Shown piece after piece: positions 48,999 to 62,148 of a stretch of 64,000 bases of DNA. The notes under the pieces were generated by a model. That model was given only the letters and a program-made list of their open reading frames with translations. It had not been told where the DNA came from and made no database searches. Position 1 is the first letter of the stretch. Each line of letters opens with the position of its first letter. This stretch comes from Callorhinchus milii. Taxonomy: Eukaryota. The position numbers and the translations under genes were made by a program. The stretch spans positions 111,416,001 through 111,480,000 of the forward strand of contig NW_024704743.1 of assembly GCF_018977255.1 (NCBI RefSeq). Reading direction: 5' to 3'.

Positions 48999-50247
48999 AA
49001 TGACATTGGATTAGAACAGTTTGCCTTTTTAAATTCAGTTTGAAGTGCAAAATTCTCTGTAAAGGTTAAGTAAAAATAGACTAAGGAAGAACAGCAGTGG
49101 TGGTGGGGGGAGGGGTTTTGGGGGAGAATGGATGACACAAGTTGAAGAGAATTCCATGTTTAACCTGATTTTTTTTTCTTATCATTCACAGTGGATTTCT
49201 TCAACATTATGGCAATCTAGAAACTGACTGACTCCAGCTCCCTCATAAATCTTGATAGCTTATTTATTCAACAATTCAACCAGCCTCCTGCGCTAGCAAC
49301 ATCTGGGTCACTGCAATCTTGTAAAATTACCTTTCTGTACTTTAGTCGCTGCATGTATTCTACATTTAGTGACCATAAGCTATCAGATAACTTGCAGCTG
49401 TAGGATTTGGTAAGACAATTTTTTTTAGAAAAGGCAGTTAGTTAGTAGAGCCATCAGTGTGGCATCTGTCATCATGAGAGGCTTGAATTGTTTTCTTTGA
49501 TGGATGTCACATTCTGAATGATCAAAATAGGAACCCCATTGCTTTTAATTGCAAAATCTGAGTACTTTCACATTTGTTATTATGCTCTGGTTATAACCTC
49601 ACACAAAATGAATTAACAGGAGAAAATTATTGATGAGAGAACACATGAGAGTTATCCTCTTCAAAGATAATTGTGGAACCATGCACTCCTTCGCATCAAC
49701 TGCTGGGGGCAGCATTACACCAGCCAAAGGACAGCTCAATCTCCAGGGCCTGTGGATTGCAGTAAACAATACACTTTTTTTAAGTTAATCAAATTGTAAC
49801 AGCTAAAAATCAGAACTCAATACAATGCTTGCCACATCCTATTAGGTGCCAGCACGGCAACACTTCCTACGCTATTTTAAAAAAATACCGTCACGTCTCT
49901 TATTACAGGCAGTTCACAAAGTTAAACAAACACGGTTTGTGCGTTTTCAATCAAACAAAAGCTCATAATGGAAAAAATAACAAGCGGCTGGAATAGAGCA
50001 GTCTGAAAAACAAACAACAGATGTCTCAATTGAATCAGTGAAGCTGGTTCAATGTTAACAAACAGTTGGGGGGAAAACAGCGAGAATAGTCAACACGGGC
50101 GTTTCCGGAAATAACACTAGCCTCTGGTGGGAAAGTTTGATTGAAAAGCCTATTTGAATGACAATTGCACACCTCTAAAGCACTTAAAATTATATTCGTA
50201 CACAATTACTGTACTGTACCCCACCTATTTTGGTCGCCAACTCTCAG

Positions 50248-50520
50248 AACAACAACAGCAGCAAATTACATTTGTATAGCGCCTTTCACATCAGGAGAAT
50301 GTCCCAAGCCGACAAATCCAACCCCTAAACCTTGAACTATCCAGCACCTTGGGATGTCCTCTGATACAAAAGGCGCTATATAAATGCAATCTGTTGTTAT
50401 CGTTAGATCACATTTTCCTTCCTGTTTAGAAAAGGCATGCATCTGACGAAGATGTCACAACAACAACAAAATTACATTTGTAAAGTGCCTTTCACGTCGA
50501 AAGGATGTCCCAAGGCGCTG
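50248..50520. mobile_element. Cluster of three short L2 tail copies (-,+,-)
   Basis: Each ~60 nt: (CAA)n...ttacatttgtatagcgcctttcac...tcccaag, or its reverse complement. Confidence 0.8.
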
Positions 50521-51959
50521 AAATCCGTTGTCATGTTGTTAGCTCATTTTTTATGAGTTAGTGTGTCCCTTACGTGTTTTCCCAGCACCAGTTTATCTTT
50601 ATTTTAGTTCAAAATAAAACCCACCTATCTTCTTAACCAACACATGAAGTGGTCTAATTTATGACAGTTTTTAATCTTTGCCAGAATGCCCATGTAACGG
50701 TACAGGGTATGATTGTTTTTCTAAATATAAAATATATATATAATATATAATGCATGAGAATATCATCCAGAACAGCACAGATTACGGGACTGTCAGCTGG
50801 AGCCTGCAGTAGGTGAGTAGTGAGGGAGTGCAGTATATCCTCCTCCCATGACAGCAATATAAAGGTTATGTTCATGGCACATCACCTATTGCACACTAAG
50901 ATTTACTCAGCCAGTAATTCAATTCATTTAGTCTTTTCTTTTAGCCTAATAGACGGATCTCGAATTAACCATGGAGGTTAATGGTCTTAAAATGATCTTG
51001 CACACAAGAAAAGGGATTCTGGAATGATCAATTTACTTGTTGATTGTATTATATTTCCCACAGGTAACAAGGCAGACTGGATTGGGATCTCATCCTGAGC
51101 TGCACCTCCCATTCTTAATACTGTCATGTCACTAAGGTATGAGAAAGGTCACACGCTTGCTCTTTCAGGTAGAGAATGATACACAGACAGCAAAGTGAAG
51201 AGATGAGGAATAAATTCAACAGAAAAGTCACTAACCAATAAGTTTAATGAGCGAACTGTGGAGGAAGAATCACAATATTGGAGCGCAAAGTAATATCTAT
51301 GACTAGATGTAAATCAATTTAAATAAAAAAAATCCTTGTACTTGATGTAGTGTTTTTCACATCAGGAGGATATCTTAAATCCCTTCACAGGCACACTGCA
51401 AAATGCATTTTGTGGGCAAAATAAGACTTGGATACAAGCGACTCTGGGTCATGTAACAAGGAAATGTTTCCACTCTTTCAAGGTAAAGATCATGATTCAA
51501 ACTATTGGCAGATATAGAAATGTGTTTCAGGTGATTACATATCCTCTCTGGCTCTATATTTAATTTGTAGGATTGCTAGAAAAGTAGCTCATCTAATCTG
51601 TCTGCTCACCTTCCCTCAACCTTAAGGCCCTCTGTAAAAGTGCTTGAGGCCCACCTTTTCCCATAGTCTCAGCCTGTAAAAACATTTTATCCTAAAAGTT
51701 AGATTGTGCAGAATTGTGGAAAATTCTTAACTTCAGGCTCAATTTGTAATTCTGGCTCTATAAGGGCTGCGGAAAACCAGCTTTTCAAATTGAGATCGAA
51801 TGCAAGAATTTTATGCACGATTGTGAAGTTTTAAGACAAAATGTTCTTTCTTACAGGCAGAGTTTAAATGGAATTTTGGGCCTCCAATGAGCAAAACCAG
51901 GTGGAAAATGTATTCCCTCCATCATCCCTATACCCTACCTCGATCTTCCCTATTTCGCC

Positions 51960-52068
51960 CACGAAATATACAGTCAATTCACTTTACAGGGTATTCTGTG
52001 AAGCGCTTTGAGACATCTCGAAGACGTGATAAGGTGGTAAATCAAATGCAAAGATTATAATTATTTTC
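51960..52068 (+). mobile_element. SINE 3' module
   Basis: 'aaatatacagtcaattcactttacag...gtgaagcgctttgagacatctcgaagacgtgataagg'. Confidence 0.85.
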
Positions 52069-53860
52069 CTCTTTCCTGCTCCTCACCCACCATCTGCATG
52101 TCTTAACTTAATTCCCAGATTGGATGGTGTTATTGCATTGAAGATGACAACAAAATTACAATCCGGGGTAGCTGCCACAGTAAAAACACCTAGAGTGGAT
52201 CCAGAGAGAAAAGATTGAGAATTTCGTGAACTGGAATAACCAGAGTAGATCGCCCAAAATTTGCAACCTCCAAATAAAACTTAACTTGTAAAATCTTGTG
52301 ACATCATGCTTCATTGGGTTCTGTCCAGGACCTCCAATAGCAAAGTTAACTTAGTTGCTGGATCTCAGCGAGCCCTTCAAATAAAGAGGTTCCCCACATC
52401 ACAGAGCTCATCTCGTTTGGACAGAGCTAGATAATGAGGGTGGAGATCAAAGAAAGTGGCAACATTCCCGGGATTATTTGATAGCGGAGAAGATGAAAGA
52501 GTAGAGAGTGGAAATAGAGTGACCCTCCAGGCAGTGCAGCTAAAACTGGTACGTGGTTAGATCTTGGCATAAAAGTCAGATGGAATCAGAAGCTGTAGTA
52601 ATACATACACAACACTTTATAACCATCACTCTATGTTAATACTTAAAATCACTACTCTTGGATATCATTCAAATCTTTCCATTGATCCAGGTTCATTGCA
52701 CACAGTTGTATACACACAGACATAGTCCAGTTTCCTTTTACCTTATTCTTTAGTACTTTAGTCTGTCACACTCACTGTTACTGAGGAATGAGCAATGTCA
52801 GACTGCAGAACATAATTGCCTCTTTTCTGGGATCCCCACCACACTTCTAGTTTAGCCAGTTTGCTTAATTTGGGAGCTAGGGTAGAGGCGGTCATCTCAG
52901 TGTTACTCACACCCACCCCTCCACCAAATTACAGGCTTTGAAGCAATGGGGTTGGATCTGTGCTGGGATTCACGGTTCCAGGCAATGTAGATGGATGTAA
53001 TTGGGAAACAGATACAGTCCCAGCTATACAGATATTCTCTGTTTTACAGGTATCAACCTGGCACATTTGGCAGCACTCTCGCCTCCAAGTCAGAGGGCCA
53101 TGAAGTGAATGACCAATGTACTTAGTGTTCAACCTGGTAGCTGAACTAACTGGGAATTTCTGGCTCAAACCCTGGGAGAAACTCCTTTCTCTTTTCAATT
53201 GGTGCCAATAAACCTCCAGCCCCAATCGGAAACACACATTGCTGCTACCCAGTGATTTCTGATTTGCGAATGCCATATTTTCAACTCCATTTTGGGTTTT
53301 CCAGCCTGCTGCCTGCCCTGGGACTTCATCATGCACAGAACTCTAGGGTCTAAAAGGGTCACAGGTGGGACACATTATGGAAAGTATTTGACTGAAATAA
53401 TGTTATTGTGACCTAGGACTCCTGATAATTCATCCCACCTGGAATCCTTGTTATTGAGGAAGAAGTGGACCGTTGTGTCAGCGGGCAACAGGAGGAAGGC
53501 AAAATGTCACTACCAACACAGTGAAAAAATACTCTAAAGTGAATTAACTATATATTTGTGGGTGAAATGTACTGTTAACTCAGAGGGGACCCTTTAACAC
53601 ACTTGGCAGAGAGTGTCTTCTTTAAAGAAGTAAAGGTACCAATCTCACAGTTTAACAGTTACAGTGCAGTACTCCCCATACACAACCCTGGAGTGTCAGC
53701 CTGGAACCACTCAATAAAGGGGCTGGAACGCGCAACCTTCTGAAGCATTCATTACTTTTTTCACCCTCTGCAGACCATACCAGGCTAAAATGTGTTTTGA
53801 CGCAATATTGTACAGCTGCAATATTGTGCTGGATTGTCAGATGCATAAATCCTGCAATTC

Positions 53861-55232
53861 AATAGCAATAAAATTACATTTGTAAAGCACCTTTCACGTC
53901 GGGAGGACGTCCCAATGCGCTGGACAGTCAGTCTTTCGGACCCACGATGGGTGTCGGGATTGGGGAGGGTGGAGGGCAGGGGGTGAAGCAGGGTGATCGA
54001 AAGCACGTTTGAATAAGAGGGTCTTCAGATGGGTCTTGAAGGAGGCAAGGGAGTGGACAAGGCTGAGAGACTGCAGGATGGAGTTCCAGAGGGTGCGGGC
54101 AGAGTGGCAGAAGGCCCACCCACCAATGGTCGGGCGGACGAGGTGGGGGATGTGAAGCAGGAGCCTGCTGAGCGGAGGAAGTGGGCAAGATGGTAGGTGG
54201 TAAGGAAGTCGCAGAGATAGGGGGAAGTAAGACCATGGAGGGCTTTGAAGGTGAGGACCAGGATCTTGAACTGTATCCTCTGTGTGACGGGAAGCCAGAG
54301 GAGTCAGGCGAAGATAGGGGTGGATAGGGTCACGGAGCTTGGTGCAGGAGAGGATACGGTCTGTAGAGTTCTGGATGATTTGCAGCCTATGGAGGGAGGA
54401 GTTGGGGAGGCCGACAAGCAAGGAGTTTGCATAGAATGCGTGTATGTGGGTTTTGGCGGCCTGTGGTGTGAGACAGTGGTGGAGCTGGGTGATGTTGCAT
54501 AGGTGGGGAAAGGCAGAGCGGGTCATGGCACAGATGTTGGGTAGAAAAGATAGTTGAGGATCAAACAAGACCCCAAGGTTCTGGACTGGCTTAGTAAGGT
54601 GGAGTGTGCAATCATGGATGGTGATGCTGTCAGTGCCTGAGGTATGGAGGCGCTGACGGGAGCCAATCAGGAGAGCCTCGGTCTTGTAGAAGTTCAACTG
54701 AAGAAAGTTAGCTCTCATCCAGGACTTGAGGTCTGACAGACTTTCTATCAGGACAGCATTGGTCCTGGAGTAAAAAGTGAAGGCAGAGAGGTAGAGTTGG
54801 GTGTCATCCGCATACATGTGGTAGTTGACCCCATGTCTGCGGATAATGTCATCGAGAGGGAGCATATAGATGTTAAAAAGGAGGGGAGCAAGGACAGAGC
54901 CCTGAGGAACGCTGCACGAGACATTGCGGGGACTAGAGGAGAAACTGTTGTGGAGATGAAGTGGAGGCGATGTGAGAGGTACAATCTGAACCATTCAAAG
55001 TCAGAACCGTGAAGGTTGAGGTGAGAGGAGAGGCGGTGGATGAGAATATAGTGGTCAACTGTATCGAAGGCAGCAGCGAGGTCAAGGAGGACGAGGAGGC
55101 AGAGGGAGCCCTGGTCGTAGATAGATAGAATGTCATTTGTCACTTTGACCAGGGCTGTTTCTGTGGTGTGGGCGGCACGGATACCCGATTGGAGGGTTTC
55201 GTGAAAGGAGTGGTAGGAGAGGAAGGAGCATA
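53861..55232 (-). mobile_element. L2 LINE fragment with RT domain (frameshifted)
   Basis: [64 protein letters not shown]2 stem-loop tail. Confidence 0.95.
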
Positions 55233-55304
55233 CATACAGAGCGTATTGTTTCAATTCAGATGAACTAATTCCTATTCTATAATAAACTAATACTTGCGAT
55301 TAAG

Positions 55305-55695
55305 ATTCACATGCCAGTCTGCCCCTTCAGGTGGACGTTTAAGATCCCACTGGGCTATTTGAAAAGAGAAGGAAGTTTCTCCCGGTGTCCTGGCCAACAA
55401 TCCCCCAAATACAAATTGGTCATTCACTTCATGGCTGTTTGTAGCACAATGTTGTGTGCAAATTGGCTTCTGTGTTCACCTACAAAATACACAGAAACTA
55501 CACTTACATAATGATAATCCTTACATTTGGTGTGGCGTCTTTCATGTTGGGAAGATGTCCCAAAGCGCTTCATAGGATATACTGTAAAGTGGAGAGACTG
55601 TGTGTTTTGTTGGCGAATGCAAAAAAACCCTGTTAAGCACTTGTCCTGATGTAAAGTGGCACTGAAACAAATGCAAAGATTATTAGTATTTATCA
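55305..55695. mobile_element. Deu-SINE (+) split by an opposite-strand SINE tail (55510-55620)
   Basis: 'gtctgccccttcaggtggacgtttaagatcccac...tttctcccggtgtcctggccaac'; the + tail resumes at ~55630. Confidence 0.8.
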
Positions 55696-56954
55696 TTTAA
55701 CACTCGGTTTACACTCAGTCCTACAAGATCTATTTTACTGCGGTGACAACCTGAAGCTTGTTTTAAAATCATATTTTCTCTTGCCTTTTGTGCAATTAAA
55801 TTACTTAGAAAAAGGGTGGATAGTAGAAACGATTTGCAATGAAATGAAAGAAAAATTGAAACCAATTTCTTTAATGGCTTGTCGCACGCTGTATAATGTC
55901 ACCTCAAATCAGTGCTCGAATCAGGTGAAAAGACAAAGTCTGCCATTCTAATTGGTTCAGCTGATGAGTGTAGTGATTTAGAGATTGCTTCTGGGGTCCG
56001 ACTCTTCATCATCTTTATAAATAATCTAACTCAGGCTAGTGGAGGTAGAATGTCAGCGTTTGTGGGTTGGTAGCAATTCATGTGGACAGGAGAGCCCTAG
56101 AAAAGGTATGAAATTTAGATGGATCCACAGACTCATGAGCGAGAATAGGTGTCTGATTCGGTGGCATTTATGATTGGTAAATACGAACAGACATTGATTT
56201 TAAAATGCAAAGCAAAGGATTCCTCATTATTTTATTGCAGTGGGGTCCTTTTCTCTTTTTAGAACCTGTGAACACAGCAGGATGAATTCAATATGGACTG
56301 TGAAGATAACCGTTCCTTTCGTGTCTGCAAGGAAATGGATTTGGGCAGATTCTAAACCACTTCTTCGTGGGATACATTCACAGTAAAATATACTGTTCAG
56401 GTTAAAGCATTGTTAGGACAGTGGGGAGGTAGCAATATTTGGTACAATTCATCTGGACATGTTCAGTGCACTCTTTGAGGAAGAGGTACTTCTGTGCTGG
56501 TCTGCCAACGTATTGGCCTTGGTGAGGTGCATTTTCTCTTTATCAGCCCTCTTTGACCAGATTGATAGGCGGAGTCATTTTCTGGGTGTGTGAAATGGAC
56601 GCTCAAGACAGATATTACCTACCTCTGATGAATAAAAAACTGTTTAATAATAAAAAATATCATTAAATACCATTTAATATGATTAAATAAAGTGGATTAA
56701 GGAAAACAATCTGCGCGACATAGCTGAGCAAAGTTGAGAACATCATTATATTAGTGTGCCAGTGGGTATGTAGGGCAGATAGGTAACTGAATCACAGGTA
56801 AAATCACCTGGCAAAAGATCAACACTGTGGGAAAGAATAGGTTTTCCTACATTTGTCACCTCCTGCCTTGATTTTTCCATTATCCACCTTGCCGGACTTC
56901 CCAGCTCATACAACTTATAAAATCCAATTGATTTACAATTCCGCCACTTGTGTC

Positions 56955-57408
56955 CTCGCCTGAACCAGGCTCCACACATTCATCACCGTGGTCCTTGCCT
57001 CACTCCACTGGCTCCCTATTGATTGATTTCGGAATCCTCACACTCGTGTACAAATCACATAATGTCTTGGCACCTTCCTATCTCTATGATCTGCTTACAT
57101 CCCACTCCTCTACACACCCCTTCACTCAGCTGACTCCAGACTCCTGTACGTCCCTCGTCTTCTCCGTTCCACCATCAGCGACTATGCCTTCAAGCACTAA
57201 ACCTCGAAACTCTGGAACTCTCTGCTTTAATCCCTCTGCATTGCCCCCTCCTTGCCCATCTTCAGATTGCACTTGAAGACCTGCTTCTTTGACTGCACTT
57301 ATGGTCACCTGCCCCCTGTCTCTGAGTCGCATCAAATTCTGCCACTGTTAAGCACTCCAAGACGCTACTCTGTGAGAAGGGCGTGTGATAAATGCAAGTT
57401 GTTGTTGT
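56955..57408 (+). mobile_element. Older L2 (second family) ORF2 C-terminus and tail
   Basis: LHWL / IDFGILTLVYKSHNVLAPSYLYDLL; tail 'ataaatgcaagttgttgttg'. Confidence 0.85.
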
Positions 57409-60149
57409 GATAACAGCACATTGATTACTCTGGCCCATTGCCACCTTAATGTAAAGAAAAGCTGGGAAAATTTTCTAACGCAGGAACTTCTCTGCACAAC
57501 TGCTGACTATTAATTGCACACCTGTACATTGCAAATCATAACAGTTTGAAGAACTCCAAAGCCTTGTGGATGTGTCTTATTTGACATTGCTGTAGGTTAA
57601 CTACACTAGCACATCAATAATGTTTCGTTATGTAAGATGTTATGGTTTTAGCAGTCTGTAGGGGACAGCTGTCTGTGAAAAAATGTAGCCATCAATGTGT
57701 GCGACACTCAGCAAAATAAATATTTGTGTCCTTTTCATTGGTTACAGTGCCACTCCACACCTCACCAGGATACACCAAATGACACCTATTCTATGACATT
57801 TGTTTACAATCCACATTTATATATGATTTTGGAGTGTTCAGAATTTGGCATTTTGTTGAGTTCAGCCTTAACTTTGAAGCCAGTTTCCTGTGGTTTTTAA
57901 GAAAACTGGCTTAAAAACTAAGAGTTTACCACATTATAGACGATCTGAAAGGCTAAGAAAGTGGAGTAAATCCAACCCAGGTAAAATCCCTCCCCCTATT
58001 TTATGGAACTCTACGTGGAAAGCTTGAAAAATGTGTGTGTGTGGTGGAGGGAGTGGGGAGATTCTGAGCTTTCTTCCTTTTGTTGAATCTGTATTTTGTA
58101 CAGCATTATGATTATTATTATTATTATAGAATGTGTCATTTGCCAAGAGCAGAGTTTGTAAAACAGAGAACTTGGCATCAATACTCAATCAATCTGGCAC
58201 AACTGGAAATAGGACAGATGTGTTGCACAAGATGATTTATTCTTTGGACTGTGAAATTAGCCACTGAGCTGGAGCACAGTTGGAGTGGTACTGCGTAAAA
58301 GGACTTGATAGGCAATATTTGTTATGACCCATTGTGAAATGATGAAGCCTTCTAAACAGAAAACAAATTAACTGATCACTGTTCCCACTGAGAAGAGGAG
58401 CAACGTGCAGCTAGCAAGAAAAGACCGAGTTAAACCACAAGGCAAAGTATTTTTGCAGCGGCTTATCTGTGATGGTTCCTCAGCTCAAAATGACTGTAGG
58501 AAGCAAGGGTTCTATCAGTGAGCTTTGTGGTCATCAATGAGCTGGTCTGTCTGTCGAATGAAATATCTTGTATGGAGTTAGGAGTTTGAAATTATTGTCT
58601 TAATGAGGTGTCTTAAATGCAACAGCAGCACACAATGTACATCAGAGACACCAGTTGCAGAAAATATATGAGTGGCAATAGTCATAAAAAACTATGGGCA
58701 AAAGCGCATGAAACAGATTACAACGTCTGCCAGTTCCTGGTCCCCAAAGGATTACCTTAAAATGAAGATGTAAGACAATTAATTCTTCAATAAAGATTTT
58801 ATTATAAGTAGTGAAACAGAAATCCCTGTGCATCTGGATGCAGAGGCAGACTCTAATAAACCACTCAATGTATCCTCTCCTCAGCTCTCCACTAATGTAG
58901 CTTCAGACTCGTGGGATCTGCTGCCTGGATTCCCTCTGTCATCTGTCTGTGTTTCTGCCTGGCTCTTTCAGGCATTTCTACCCTGGAGTTTTATCCCCAG
59001 GTGAATGTAGGTAATGCCTTAAAGGGGAAGTAGATTATTAATTTGTCCTATAATTCCTACATTTTATAAAAGAAGATATCTGTCCCATTCCTGGTGTCTC
59101 GCATCTCGTTATTATGTTAAATTTTTGGCTAGAGGCAGCTAGGAAGTGTAGCTTTCCAGTGACATCATGGAGATCAATTTAGCGATTGATTTAATATTTA
59201 TCACAATAATCTGTTCCCCGGTGTGCCAGAAGACAGACTCCTCTCTCTATCTACCCACCCTTTTCAGTCATTCTCCATGAAAAATGTCCGAGATGCTGAA
59301 AACACAGCTTTCAATTAATTTCTGGTTAATGATCATAGCTTAAATTACAGTATTTTTCATCCTGTTAACTAACATGTTACAGCAGTCCTGCTAACTAGCT
59401 TCATAGACATCACAATTGAGAACAGCGTTCCTTGGTTTATGCAGGTACATTCAATATGATGACTATAAGTGTATCACTAAACAAATGTTCTCTATAACAT
59501 TCAGGTATTATGGGATAATTGTGAAAACATACTTCTCCTTTAATGTTAATGTTCAGCACTTCGATGAGGTTTTTATTTCTGTCAAACTAAGAAACAAGCA
59601 AACACAAGTTGTTCCTGTTAGGTAATTAGACTTCACCAACGTGTATCTGCCTCTTATCAATGATTCGGAATCCGTTTCTGTGAAGCGCTCTGAGACACTG
59701 TCCAACATGGAGGGCGCTATTTAAATCCAAGTTGTTGTTGTTCACCAATAAAAGCCTATTGAAACTGAACCAGCACAACTAAAGCCATTGACCCCAATCT
59801 TTGGTTACATGAAGGACACTAATATTGGGAATACAATCAATGTAAAATTATTCTACCAATCTTATATTCTAAGTGTAAATACATAAATATAATTTATTTC
59901 TCTTGTTACACAAGGTTTGGGAACAACTAAAGAGAAGCCAGCTTCTAGCAGCCAGTTTCTTAATGTTAATACAATTCTCTTGGTTTCACAGCCTTACTGA
60001 CCATCAACATGCATGTTCTCATCTGCTCTGCACATGGCTGCATTCATTTTCAAGTGACTATTTGCAATCGTATTTAACTATTCATGTCGAGGGAATGATG
60101 TTGGATCTCAGGTCCGGTCTCCAGACGATTGCTGTTCAAACACGAGCTC

Positions 60150-60275
60150 ACAGTCTAGGCTAAGTCCAATGCAGTGCTGGGGAGCGCTGCATTATCAGAG
60201 GTGCCGTTCTTTAGATGAAGCATTAAACCAAGGTCTCGCCTGCCTGTTTGGGCAGACTTTAAATATCCATGGTAT
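60150..60275 (+). mobile_element. Deu-SINE 5' / Deu-domain fragment
   Basis: 'tctaggctaagtccaatgcagtgctggggagcgctgcattatcagaggtgccgttctttagatgaagcattaaaccaagg'. Confidence 0.7.
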
Positions 60276-61254
60276 TTGATGTGGGATATGATTCTTATTA
60301 CACTCATGGCGCTGACCATAAATCCATTGATCACTAGCTACCTCCTGTAGGACATATCAAATAGTGGTGTATAATGCCCTCTTGTGGGATATAACAAATA
60401 TTCCATAGTTCATCTGTTTAAGAAATAGTGTAATTGCAGATACATACAATACAAAATTACATTTGTATTGCGCCTTTCACGTCAGAAGGGCATCCCAAGG
60501 TGCTGAAATATGAAATATGAAATAAGATATATGAAATCATACTTTGGTCTAGGTCTCCAACTGGTTGCAGTTTGCTAAAATGACCCAAGTTCATACATTT
60601 TTCAATGATATCTATAAGTGGTTAGAAGCAAAATCCTAAATGAAGTCTCCTTGCTCCCTATTGGACCCCAGTAGTGGATCAGGATCTGAGCTTGGAAATG
60701 TAATAATCAGGAGAGGAAGGAAGTAATTTAAAAAAGGAGCCTGGGGCCCACTTCATTTTCTTGGAAGGGTAAAGGCATAACGTCTAATGCAAGGGTATTC
60801 CTCTTAGCTCTGCATATATTATCACATAGTTTATTTATAGTAGTGAAGAATATTTGCACAATCGCCGAAGGAGTCTTCCTAATAACATGGTTAAAAACTA
60901 CAATCATTAGGCTTGACACCACTCTGCCCCCAAAAATGTTTGAAAACAGTGGGTGTAATTAGTTACAACGTAGAGGCTGGCATTTCTCATAGTCTTACAG
61001 ATTGTGCAGAACATTGGAAAAATGTTGCGTTCAGTGTTTCAAGTGCTGCACTGTATTGGAACATCAATCTACATGCTAGTTCCCATGTGCTCATTTGCTG
61101 ATGCTAGTTTACAAGCCATAGGAAGGAACCAAGAAGAGCCCAGTGGCATCTTCACATTGGGTGAGTGAGGGACAATAATTCTTGTCTGCTTGTGTTTGCC
61201 TGCTTTCCTCTGGCACAGAGTGGCATGTGTGCAGAATTCACAGTTTAGCCAACA

Positions 61255-61345
61255 AAATAAACTTTACAGTATATCCTGTGAAGCGCTTTGAGATATCCTG
61301 ATGCGAAAGGTGCTCTGTCAAATGCAAGGATTATAGGATTTATTT
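61255..61345 (+). mobile_element. SINE 3' module
   Basis: 'actttacagtatatcctgtgaagcgctttgagatatcc...aaatgcaaggatta'. Confidence 0.8.
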
Positions 61346-61790
61346 TTATAATTATACAGTCTAGAGGTTTGCATCTATCACAATAATCCTGTTGAAATGT
61401 TTTCATTTCTAACTTACTGTGTTATGGTTCTATAGTTAAAACAAAAAATGATTAAGACAGAACATTATTGAAATAAAAAACAAGTTTAATTTTCTAAATA
61501 TTAATTCCAAATCGCTTTCTCCTGAAAATTTACTGAACGTTCGATGATCATCTTACAATACAATACACACTTACATTTATTTATACATTGCCTTTCACCT
61601 CAGGAGGCAATCCTGGCTTGGCACCTGAGCTGGGGTGGGGAGGGGAAAGATAACCGAAAGAGAGGTCAAAAAGGTAGGTTTCAAAATGGACGGAAATTGA
61701 AACCAGCAAATGTAAATCAGATCCCAGATCAAAACATAACAGTTGTTTTTGTCCAGTCAGATATGAAAAACTCGGTTTTTATTCAGATCA

Positions 61791-62148
61791 TTTTAACCGC
61801 CCGGCCTCTTCAATTAAAAGCAACGTTCATTAAAGCTGATTCGAAACCCCAATGTCATTTTATTTGGAAAATCGCAAATGAAACGATTCTGTTTCATGTC
61901 ACTGAGCATCAGCGATGTAAGAAATGTCACTCGCAAAAAATTGTGCATTTTGAAATGCTAAAAAAATCTTCCAATAGCTGGAGTTAGTGGCCTTTGAAAT
62001 TAAATGATGAAACCACATAAGAATTCCACAAGGCGCCCTACATTTCTTTCTGATATCCGGTTTTTGATTTGCAAAATAAAATTACATTGAGGTTTTAAGT
62101 CAGCTTTAATAAATGTTGCTTTTAATTGAATTGGCTCCCCAGTTAAAA
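61791..62148. mobile_element. MITE-like element with ~83-bp inverted arms
   Basis: 61791-61873 is a close imperfect reverse complement of 62066-62148; ~190-bp spacer. Confidence 0.65.

Noticed and set aside
52929..53336. 135-aa minus-strand ORF
   Set aside because: Overlaps a SINE fragment; no motif or splice context
61544..61987. 147-aa ORF
   Set aside because: Spans an L2-tail remnant and the MITE arm; no recognisable protein
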